This document shows, piece after piece, positions 53,201 through 64,000 of a stretch of DNA of 64,000 bases. The stretch lies in assembly GCF_009914755.1 (NCBI RefSeq), contig NC_060931.1. One strand, written 5' to 3'. Both the position numbers and the translations under genes were made by a program. Position 1 is the first letter of the stretch. The number at the start of each line of letters is the position of its first letter. The notes beneath the pieces are model-generated. The model worked only from the letters and a program-made list of their open reading frames with translations. It did not search any database and was not told where the DNA came from. The stretch comes from the human T2T-CHM13v2.0 reference genome, Homo sapiens.

Positions 53201-56200
53201 CCTCCCGGTGGCCTGTACAGTCCCAGCTCTGGCAGCAGAAGAGCGTCAGCAGGCCCCGCTGTTGCCTCCCAGGGGCGTCTCCAGGCCCAGCTCTCGCCCC
53301 ACCACGGCCTCCCGCGGCCAAGTCCCTGCCTGCTCCCGGCAGCCTGCGTACGGCCCTGCTCCTCCCTCACGGTGGCCTGTTGAGGCAGGGGCTCACGCTG
53401 ACCTCTCTCGGCGTGGGAGGGGCCGGTGTGAGGCAAGGGCTCACGCTGACCTCTCTCGGCGTGGGAGGGGCCGGTGTGAGGCAAGGGGGCTCACGCCGAC
53501 CTCTCTCGGCGTGAGAGGGGCCGGTGTGAGGCAAGGGGCTCACGCTGACCTCTCTCTGCGTGGGAGGGGCCGGTGTGAGCCAAGGGGTCAGTGTGGGAGG
53601 GGCCGGTGTGAGGCAAGGGGCTCACGCCGACCTCTCTCAGCGTGGGAGGAGCCAGTGTGAGGCAGGGACTCACGCCTCTGCGCAGGGTGCCAGCGGCATG
53701 AGTTGGGCATCAACAGGCCACCGTGAGGGAGGAACTGGGCCGCACGCGGGCTGCCGGGAGGCCGCCGTGGGGGCGAGAGCTGGGCCTGGAGAGGCCCCTG
53801 GGAGGCAAGAGCGGGACCTGCAGAGGCTGTTCTACCGCCAGAGCTGGGCCTGTACAGGCCACCGAGAGGCAGTAGGCGGGCGCGAAGAGCTTGGCTCGAG
53901 AAAGTTCGGGGCCTACAAAGGCGGTTTTGAGCTGGGCAGGAGTTGAGCCCAAAGAGCTTGCTTACTTGCTGGGAGGCAGGGCCGGGAGACGCTGACTTCA
54001 GGACGACTTGGGCCTGCAGAGGTCGCCAGGAGGCCCAAGCTGGGCGCGGAGGAGCCCACCGACCGGAGACCGTTTGGGGCCTGGAGACGCCATCGGAGGG
54101 CAGGAGCTGATCCTGGAGAGGCCACCGTGAGGCCTGACCTGGGCCTGGGGAGCTTGGCTTGAGGAAGCTGTGGGCCGACCAAGGCCGCCAGGAGATGGGC
54201 AGGCGCTGAGTCCAAAGAGGTTGTTGGGAGGCAGCAGTCGGGCCTGGAGACGCAGCCGGGAGGAAGAGCTGGGCCCGGAGAGGACGCCGGGAGGCCGCAT
54301 GTGGGTCTGGAGAGGCCGACTTGAGGAGGCCCGGCCTCTGCCTCCCTCAGGGCGGCCTCTGCAGGCCCAGCTGTTCCTCCTGGCTGCATCTCTCGGCCCA
54401 GCTCCTGCCTCCCAGCAGGCAAGCTCTTTTGGCTCAGCTCCCTCCAGCGTTTGTAGACCCCGAAGTTTCTGCAGCCAAGCTCTTCAGGCCCACATCCTGC
54501 CTCCCGGTGGCCTGTACAGTCCCAGCTCTGGCAGCAGAAGAGCGTCAGCAGGCCCCGCTGTTGCCTCCCAGGGGCGTCTCCAGGCCCAGCTCTCGCCCCA
54601 CCACGGCCTCCCGCGGCCAAGTCCCTGCCTGCTCCCGGCAGCCTGCGTACGGCCCTGCTCCTCCCTCACGGTGGCCTGTTGAGGCAGGGGCTCACGCTGA
54701 CCTCTCTCGGCGTGGGAGGGGCCGGTGTGAGGCAAGGGCTCACGCTGACCTCTCTCGGCGTGGGAGGGGCCGGTGTGAGGCAAGGGGCTCACGCCGACCT
54801 CTCTCGGCGTGAGAGGGGCCGGTGTGAGGCAAGGGGCTCACGCTGACCTCTCTCTGCGTGGGAGGGGCCGGTGTGAGCCAAGGGGTCAGTGTGGGAGGGG
54901 CCGGTGTGAGGCAAGGGGCTCACGCCGACCTCTCTCAGCGTGGGAGGAGCCAGTGTGAGGCAGGGACTCACGCCTCTGCGCAGGGTGCCAGCGGCATGAG
55001 TTGGGCATCAACAGGCCACCGTGAGGGAGGAACTGGGCCGCACGCGGGCTGCCGGGAGGCCGCCGTGGGGGCGAGAGCTGGGCCTGGAGAGGCCCCTGGG
55101 AGGCAAGAGCGGGACCTGCAGAGGCTGTTCTACCGCCAGAGCTGGGCCTGTACAGGCCACCGAGAGGCAGTAGGCGGGCGCGAAGAGCTTGGCTCGAGAA
55201 AGTTCGGGGCCTACAAAGGCGGTTTTGAGCTGGGCAGGAGTTGAGCCCAAAGAGCTTGCTTACTTGCTGGGAGGCAGGGCCGGGAGACGCTGACTTCAGG
55301 ACGACTTGGGCCTGCAGAGGTCGCCAGGAGGCCCAAGCTGGGCGCGGAGGAGCCCACTGACCGGAGACCGTTTGGGGCCTGGAGACGCCATCGGAGGGCA
55401 GGAGCTGATCCTGGAGAGGCCACCGTGAGGCCTGACCTGGGCCTGGGGAGCTTGGCTTGAGGAAGCTGTGGGCCGACCAAGGCCGCCAGGAGATGGGCAG
55501 GCGCTGAGTCCAAAGAGGTTGTTGGGAGGCAGCAGTCGGGCCTGGAGACGCAGCCGGGAGGAAGAGCTGGGCCCGGAGAGGACGCCGGGAGGCCGCATGT
55601 GGGTCTGGAGAGGCCGACTTGAGGAGGCCCGGCCTCTGCCTCCCTCAGGGCGGCCTCTGCAGGCCCAGCTGTTCCTCCTGGCTGCATCTCTCGGCCCAGC
55701 TCCTGCCTCCCAGCAGGCAAGCTCTTTTGGCTCAGCTCCCTCCAGCGTTTGTAGACCCCGAAGTTTCTGCAGCCAAGCTCTTCAGGCCCACATCCTGCCT
55801 CCCGGTGGCCTGTACAGTCCCAGCTCTGGCAGCAGAAGAGCGTCAGCAGGCCCCGCTGTTGCCTCCCAGGGGCGTCTCCAGGCCCAGCTCTCGCCCCACC
55901 ACGGCCTCCCGCGGCCAAGTCCCTGCCTGCTCCCGGCAGCCTGCGTACGGCCCTGCTCCTCCCTCACGGTGGCCTGTTGAGGCAGGGGCTCACGCTGACC
56001 TCTCTCGGCGTGGGAGGGGCCGGTGTGAGGCAAGGGCTCACGCTGACCTCTCTCGGCGTGGGAGGGGCCGGTGTGAGGCAAGGGGCTCACGCCGACCTCT
56101 CTCGGCGTGAGAGGGGCCGGTGTGAGGCAAGGGGCTCACGCTGACCTCTCTCTGCGTGGGAGGGGCCGGTGTGAGCCAAGGGGTCAGTGTGGGAGGGGCC

Positions 56201-59200
56201 GGTGTGAGGCAAGGGGCTCACGCCGACCTCTCTCAGCGTGGGAGGAGCCAGTGTGAGGCAGGGACTCACGCCTCTGCGCAGGGTGCCAGCGGCATGAGTT
56301 GGGCATCAACAGGCCACCGTGAGGGAGGAACTGGGCCGCACGCGGGCTGCCGGGAGGCCGCCGTGGGGGCGAGAGCTGGGCCTGGAGAGGCCCCTGGGAG
56401 GCAAGAGCGGGACCTGCAGAGGCTGTTCTACCGCCAGAGCTGGGCCTGTACAGGCCACCGAGAGGCAGTAGGCGGGCGCGAAGAGCTTGGCTCGAGAAAG
56501 TTCGGGGCCTACAAAGGCGGTTTTGAGCTGGGCAGGAGTTGAGCCCAAAGAGCTTGCTTACTTGCTGGGAGGCAGGGCCGGGAGACGCTGACTTCAGGAC
56601 GACTTGGGCCTGCAGAGGTCGCCAGGAGGCCCAAGCTGGGCGCGGAGGAGCCCACCGACCGGAGACCGTTTGGGGCCTGGAGACGCCATCGGAGGGCAGG
56701 AGCTGATCCTGGAGAGGCCACCGTGAGGCCTGACCTGGGCCTGGGGAGCTTGGCTTGAGGAAGCTGTGGGCCGACCAAGGCCGCCAGGAGATGGGCAGGC
56801 GCTGAGTCCAAAGAGGTTGTTGGGAGGCAGCAGTCGGGCCTGGAGACGCAGCCGGGAGGAAGAGCTGGGCCCGGAGAGGACGCCGGGAGGCCGCATGTGG
56901 GTCTGGAGAGGCCGACTTGAGGAGGCCCGGCCTCTGCCTCCCTCAGGGCGGCCTCTGCAGGCCCAGCTGTTCCTCCTGGCTGCATCTCTCGGCCCAGCTC
57001 CTGCCTCCCAGCAGGCAAGCTCTTTTGGCTCAGCTCCCTCCAGCGTTTGTAGACTCCGAAGTTTCTGCAGCCAAGCTCTTCAGGCCCACATCCTGCCTCC
57101 CGGTGGCCTGTACAGTCCCAGCTCTGGCAGCAGAAGAGCGTCAGCAGGCCCCGCTGTTGCCTCCCAGGGGCGTCTCCAGGCCCAGCTCTCGCCCCACCAC
57201 GGCCTCCCGCGGCCAAGTCCCTGCCTGCTCCCGGCAGCCTGCGTACGGCCCTGCTCCTCCCTCACGGTGGCCTGTTGAGGCAGGGGCTCACGCTGACCTC
57301 TCTCGGCGTGGGAGGGGCCGGTGTGAGGCAAGGGCTCACGCTGACCTCTCTCGGCGTGGGAGGGGCCGGTGTGAGGCAAGGGGCTCACGCCGACCTCTCT
57401 CGGCGTGAGAGGGGCCGGTGTGAGGCAAGGGGCTCACGCTGACCTCTCTCTGCGTGGGAGGGGCCGGTGTGAGCCAAGGGGTCAGTGTGGGAGGGGCCGG
57501 TGTGAGGCAAGGGGCTCACGCCGACCTCTCTCAGCGTGGGAGGAGCCAGTGTGAGGCAGGGACTCACGCCTCTGCGCAGGGTGCCAGCGGCATGAGTTGG
57601 GCATCAACAGGCCACCGTGAGGGAGGAACTGGGCCGCACGCGGGCTGCCGGGAGGCCGCCGTGGGGGCGAGAGCTGGGCCTGGAGAGGCCCCTGGGAGGC
57701 AAGAGCGGGACCTGCAGAGGCTGTTCTACCGCCAGAGCTGGGCCTGTACAGGCCACCGAGAGGCAGTAGGCGGGCGCGAAGAGCTTGGCTCGAGAAAGTT
57801 CGGGGCCTACAAAGGCGGTTTTGAGCTGGGCAGGAGTTGAGCCCAAAGAGCTTGCTTACTTGCTGGGAGGCAGGGCCGGGAGACGCTGACTTCAGGACGA
57901 CTTGGGCCTGCAGAGGTCGCCAGGAGGCCCAAGCTGGGCGCGGAGGAGCCCACCGACCGGAGACCGTTTGGGGCCTGGAGACGCCATCGGAGGGCAGGAG
58001 CTGATCCTGGAGAGGCCACCGTGAGGCCTGACCTGGGCCTGGGGAGCTTGGCTTGAGGAAGCTGTGGGCCGACCAAGGCCGCCAGGAGATGGGCAGGCGC
58101 TGAGTCCAAAGAGGTTGTTGGGAGGCAGCAGTCGGGCCTGGAGACGCAGCCGGGAGGAAGAGCTGGGCCCGGAGAGGACGCCGGGAGGCCGCATGTGGGT
58201 CTGGAGAGGCCGACTTGAGGAGGCCCGGCCTCTGCCTCCCTCAGGGCGGCCTCTGCAGGCCCAGCTGTTCCTCCTGGCTGCATCTCTCGGCCCAGCTCCT
58301 GCCTCCCAGCAGGCAAGCTCTTTTGGCTCAGCTCCCTCCAGCGTTTGTAGACCCCGAAGTTTCTGCAGCCAAGCTCTTCAGGCCCACATCCTGCCTCCCG
58401 GTGGCCTGTACAGTCCCAGCTCTGGCAGCAGAAGAGCGTCAGCAGGCCCCGCTGTTGCCTCCCAGGGGCGTCTCCAGGCCCAGCTCTCGCCCCACCACGG
58501 CCTCCCGCGGCCAAGTCCCTGCCTGCTCCCGGCAGCCTGCGTACGGCCCTGCTCCTCCCTCACGGTGGCCTGTTGAGGCAGGGGCTCACGCTGACCTCTC
58601 TCGGCGTGGGAGGGGCCGGTGTGAGGCAAGGGCTCACGCTGACCTCTCTCGGCGTGGGAGGGGCCGGTGTGAGGCAAGGGGCTCACGCCGACCTCTCTCG
58701 GCGTGAGAGGGGCCGGTGTGAGGCAAGGGGCTCACGCTGACCTCTCTCTGCGTGGGAGGGGCCGGTGTGAGCCAAGGGGTCAGTGTGGGAGGGGCCGGTG
58801 TGAGGCAAGGGGCTCACGCCGACCTCTCTCAGCGTGGGAGGAGCCAGTGTGAGGCAGGGACTCACGCCTCTGCGCAGGGTGCCAGCGGCATGAGTTGGGC
58901 ATCAACAGGCCACCGTGAGGGAGGAACTGGGCCGCACGCGGGCTGCCGGGAGGCCGCCGTGGGGGCGAGAGCTGGGCCTGGAGAGGCCCCTGGGAGGCAA
59001 GAGCGGGACCTGCAGAGGCTGTTCTACCGCCAGAGCTGGGCCTGTACAGGCCACCGAGAGGCAGTAGGCGGGCGCGAAGAGCTTGGCTCGAGAAAGTTCG
59101 GGGCCTACAAAGGCGGTTTTGAGCTGGGCAGGAGTTGAGCCCAAAGAGCTTGCTTACTTGCTGGGAGGCAGGGCCGGGAGACGCTGACTTCAGGACGACT

Positions 59201-62200
59201 TGGGCCTGCAGAGGTCGCCAGGAGGCCCAAGCTGGGCGCGGAGGAGCCCACCGACCGGAGACCGTTTGGGGCCTGGAGACGCCATCGGAGGGCAGGAGCT
59301 GATCCTGGAGAGGCCACCGTGAGGCCTGACCTGGGCCTGGGGAGCTTGGCTTGAGGAAGCTGTGGGCCGACCAAGGCCGCCAGGAGATGGGCAGGCGCTG
59401 AGTCCAAAGAGGTTGTTGGGAGGCAGCAGTCGGGCCTGGAGACGCAGCCGGGAGGAAGAGCTGGGCCCGGAGAGGACGCCGGGAGGCCGCATGTGGGTCT
59501 GGAGAGGCCGACTTGAGGAGGCCCGGCCTCTGCCTCCCTCAGGGCGGCCTCTGCAGGCCCAGCTGTTCCTCCTGGCTGCATCTCTCGGCCCAGCTCCTGC
59601 CTCCCAGCAGGCAAGCTCTTTTGGCTCAGCTCCCTCCAGCGTTTGTAGACCCCGAAGTTTCTGCAGCCAAGCTCTTCAGGCCCACATCCTGCCTCCCGGT
59701 GGCCTGTACAGTCCCAGCTCTGGCAGCAGAAGAGCGTCAGCAGGCCCCGCTGTTGCCTCCCAGGGGCGTCTCCAGGCCCAGCTCTCGCCCCACCACGGCC
59801 TCCCGCGGCCAAGTCCCTGCCTGCTCCCGGCAGCCTGCGTACGGCCCTGCTCCTCCCTCACGGTGGCCTGTTGAGGCAGGGGCTCACGCTGACCTCTCTC
59901 GGCGTGGGAGGGGCCGGTGTGAGGCAAGGGCTCACGCTGACCTCTCTCGGCGTGGGAGGGGCCGGTGTGAGGCAAGGGGCTCACGCCGACCTCTCTCGGC
60001 GTGAGAGGGGCCGGTGTGAGGCAAGGGGCTCACGCTGACCTCTCTCTGCGTGGGAGGGGCCGGTGTGAGCCAAGGGGTCAGTGTGGGAGGGGCCGGTGTG
60101 AGGCAAGGGGCTCACGCCGACCTCTCTCAGCGTGGGAGGAGCCAGTGTGAGGCAGGGACTCACGCCTCTGCGCAGGGTGCCAGCGGCATGAGTTGGGCAT
60201 CAACAGGCCACCGTGAGGGAGGAACTGGGCCGCACGCGGGCTGCCGGGAGGCCGCCGTGGGGGCGAGAGCTGGGCCTGGAGAGGCCCCTGGGAGGCAAGA
60301 GCGGGACCTGCAGAGGCTGTTCTACCGCCAGAGCTGGGCCTGTACAGGCCACCGAGAGGCAGTAGGCGGGCGCGAAGAGCTTGGCTCGAGAAAGTTCGGG
60401 GCCTACAAAGGCGGTTTTGAGCTGGGCAGGAGTTGAGCCCAAAGAGCTTGCTTACTTGCTGGGAGGCAGGGCCGGGAGACGCTGACTTCAGGACGACTTG
60501 GGCCTGCAGAGGTCGCCAGGAGGCCCAAGCTGGGCGCGGAGGAGCCCACCGACCGGAGACCGTTTGGGGCCTGGAGACGCCATCGGAGGGCAGGAGCTGA
60601 TCCTGGAGAGGCCACCGTGAGGCCTGACCTGGGCCTGGGGAGCTTGGCTTGAGGAAGCTGTGGGCCGACCAAGGCCGCCAGGAGATGGGCAGGCGCTGAG
60701 TCCAAAGAGGTTGTTGGGAGGCAGCAGTCGGGCCTGGAGACGCAGCCGGGAGGAAGAGCTGGGCCCGGAGAGGACGCCGGGAGGCCGCATGTGGGTCTGG
60801 AGAGGCCGACTTGAGGAGGCCCGGCCTCTGCCTCCCTCAGGGCGGCCTCTGCAGGCCCAGCTGTTCCTCCTGGCTGCATCTCTCGGCCCAGCTCCTGCCT
60901 CCCAGCAGGCAAGCTCTTTTGGCTCAGCTCCCTCCAGCGTTTGTAGACCCCAAAGTTTCTGCAGCCAAGCTCTTCAGGCCCACATCCTGCCTCCCGGTGG
61001 CCTGTACAGTCCCAGCTCTGGCAGCAGAAGAGCGTCAGCAGGCCCCGCTGTTGCCTCCCAGGGGCGTCTCCAGGCCCAGCTCTCGCCCCACCACGGCCTC
61101 CCGCGGCCAAGTCCCTGCCTGCTCCCGGCAGCCTGCGTACGGCCCTGCTCCTCCCTCACGGTGGCCTGTTGAGGCAGGGGCTCACGCTGACCTCTCTCGG
61201 CGTGGGAGGGGCCGGTGTGAGGCAAGGGCTCACGCTGACCTCTCTCGGCGTGGGAGGGGCCGGTGTGAGGCAAGGGGCTCACGCCGACCTCTCTCGGCGT
61301 GAGAGGGGCCGGTGTGAGGCAAGGGTCTCACGCTGACCTCTCTCTGCGTGGGAGGGGCCGGTGTGAGCCAAGGGGTCAGTGTGGGAGGGGCCGGTGTGAG
61401 GCAAGGGGCTCACGCCGACCTCTCTCAGCGTGGGAGGAGCCAGTGTGAGGCAGGGACTCACGCCTCTGCGCAGGGTGCCAGCGGCATGAGTTGGGCATCA
61501 ACAGGCCACCGTGAGGGAGGAACTGGGCCGCACGCGGGCTGCCGGGAGGCCGCCGTGGGGGCGAGAGCTGGGCCTGGAGAGGCCCCTGGGAGGCAAGAGC
61601 GGGACCTGCAGAGGCTGTTCTACCGCCAGAGCTGGGCCTGTACAGGCCACCGAGAGGCAGTAGGCGGGCGCGAAGAGCTTGGCTCGAGAAAGTTCGGGGC
61701 CTACAAAGGCGGTTTTGAGCTGGGCAGGAGTTGAGCCCAAAGAGCTTGCTTACTTGCTGGGAGGCAGGGCCGGGAGACGCTGACTTCAGGACGACTTGGG
61801 CCTGCAGAGGTCGCCAGGAGGCCCAAGCTGGGCGCGGAGGAGCCCACCGACCGGAGACCGTTTGGGGCCTGGAGACGCCATCGGAGGGCAGGAGCTGATC
61901 CTGGAGAGGCCACCGTGAGGCCTGACCTGGGCCTGGGGAGCTTGGCTTGAGGAAGCTGTGGGCCGACCAAGGCCGCCAGGAGATGGGCAGGCGCTGAGTC
62001 CAAAGAGGTTGTTGGGAGGCAGCAGTCGGGCCTGGAGACGCAGCCGGGAGGAAGAGCTGGGCCCGGAGAGGACGCCGGGAGGCCGCATGTGGGTCTGGAG
62101 AGGCCGACTTGAGGAGGCCCGGCCTCTGCCTCCCTCAGGGCGGCCTCTGCAGGCCCAGCTGTTCCTCCTGGCTGCATCTCTCGGCCCAGCTCCTGCCTCC

Positions 62201-64000
62201 CAGCAGGCAAGCTCTTTTGGCTCAGCTCCCTCCAGCGTTTGTAGACCCCGAAGTTTCTGCAGCCAAGCTCTTCAGGCCCACATCCTGCCTCCCGGTGGCC
62301 TGTACAGTCCCAGCTCTGGCAGCAGAAGAGCGTCAGCAGGCCCCGCTGTTGCCTCCCAGGGGCGTCTCCAGGCCCAGCTCTCGCCCCACCACGGCCTCCC
62401 GCGGCCAAGTCCCTGCCTGCTCCCGGCAGCCTGCGTACGGCCCTGCTCCTCCCTCACGGTGGCCTGTTGAGGCAGGGGCTCACGCTGACCTCTCTCGGCG
62501 TGGGAGGGGCCGGTGTGAGGCAAGGGCTCACGCTGACCTCTCTCGGCGTGGGAGGGGCCGGTGTGAGGCAAGGGGCTCACGCCGACCTCTCTCGGCGTGA
62601 GAGGGGCCGGTGTGAGGCAAGGGGCTCACGCTGACCTCTCTCTGCGTGGGAGGGGCCGGTGTGAGCCAAGGGGTCAGTGTGGGAGGGGCCGGTGTGAGGC
62701 AAGGGGCTCACGCCGACCTCTCTCAGCGTGGGAGGAGCCGGTGTGAGGCAGGGACTCACGCCTCTGCGCAGGGTGCCAGCGGCATGAGTTGGGCATCAAC
62801 AGGCCACCGTGAGGGAGGAACTGGGCCGCACGCGGGCTGCCGGGAGGCCGCCGTGGGGGCGAGAGCTGGGCCTGGAGAGGCCCCTGGGAGGCAAGAGCGG
62901 GACCTGCAGAGGCTGTTCTACCGCCAGAGCTGGGCCTGTACAGGCCACCGAGAGGCAGTAGGCGGGCGCGAAGAGCTTGGCTCGAGAAAGTTCGGGGCCT
63001 ACAAAGGCGGTTTTGAGCTGGGCAGGAGTTGAGCCCAAAGAGCTTGCTTACTTGCTGGGAGGCAGGGCCGGGAGACGCTGACTTCAGGACGACTTGGGCC
63101 TGCAGAGGTCGCCAGGAGGCCCAAGCTGGGCGCGGAGGAGCCCACCGACCGGAGACCGTTTGGGGCCTGGAGACGCCATCGGAGGGCAGGAGCTGATCCT
63201 GGAGAGGCCACCGTGAGGCCTGACCTGGGCCTGGGGAGCTTGGCTTGAGGAAGCTGTGGGCCGACCAAGGCCGCCAGGAGATGGGCAGGCGCTGAGTCCA
63301 AAGAGGTTGTTGGGAGGCAGCAGTCGGGCCTGGAGACGCAGCCGGGAGGAAGAGCTGGGCCCGGAGAGGACGCCGGGAGGCCGCATGTGGGTCTGGAGAG
63401 GCCGACTTGAGGAGGCCCGGCCTCTGCCTCCCTCAGGGCGGCCTCTGCAGGCCCAGCTGTTCCTCCTGGCTGCATCTCTCGGCCCAGCTCCTGCCTCCCA
63501 GCAGGCAAGCTCTTTTGGCTCAGCTCCCTCCAGCGTTTGTAGACCCCGAAGTTTCTGCAGCCAAGCTCTTCAGGCCCACATCCTGCCTCCCGGTGGCCTG
63601 TACAGTCCCAGCTCTGGCAGCAGAAGAGCGTCAGCAGGCCCCGCTGTTGCCTCCCAGGGGCGTCTCCAGGCCCAGCTCTCGCCCCACCACGGCCTCCCGC
63701 GGCCAAGTCCCTGCCTGCTCCCGGCAGCCTGCGTACGGCCCTGCTCCTCCCTCACGGTGGCCTGTTGAGGCAGGGGCTCACGCTGACCTCTCTCGGCGTG
63801 GGAGGGGCCGGTGTGAGGCAAGGGCTCACGCTGACCTCTCTCGGCGTGGGAGGGGCCGGTGTGAGGCAAGGGGCTCACGCCGACCTCTCTCGGCGTGAGA
63901 GGGGCCGGTGTGAGGCAAGGGTCTCACGCTGACCTCTCTCTGCGTGGGAGGGGCCGGTGTGAGCCAAGGGGTCAGTGTGGGAGGGGCCGGTGTGAGGCAA
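47068..64000. repeat. Highly homogeneous 1,298-bp tandem array (macrosatellite), 13 full periods, continuing past the window end
   Basis: Near-identical ORFs recur at 47068, 48366, 49664, 50962, 52261, 53560, 54858, 56156, 57454, 58752, 60050, 61348 and 62646 (spacing 1298, twice 1299). Confidence 0.99.

Overview
Primate, human-like genomic DNA with no intact protein-coding gene that I can support. The first part (1 to ~33,780) is very Alu-dense. It also holds microsatellites, old LTR/L1/L2/MER fragments, two badly decayed C2H2 zinc-finger remnants and a U6 snRNA copy fused into an Alu. From ~33,780 the window enters the known primate segmental-duplication module: SEPT14 last-exon pseudogene (-), then a processed capicua pseudogene CICP (+), then a GC-rich repeat. 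Here that repeat is amplified into a near-perfect 1,298-bp tandem array: 13 full periods from ~47.07 kb, running off the window end and preceded by two diverged copies and a ~1.9-kb 49-bp minisatellite. Each unit is a ~973-bp imperfect inverted repeat, built from a degenerate ~32-bp monomer that switches strand, plus a 325-bp block of 49/48/33-bp minisatellite units. The result is an array of long hairpins with three nested levels of periodicity. Family and gene assignments are from memory of consensus sequences and no database search was run. Coordinates of old repeats are approximate.
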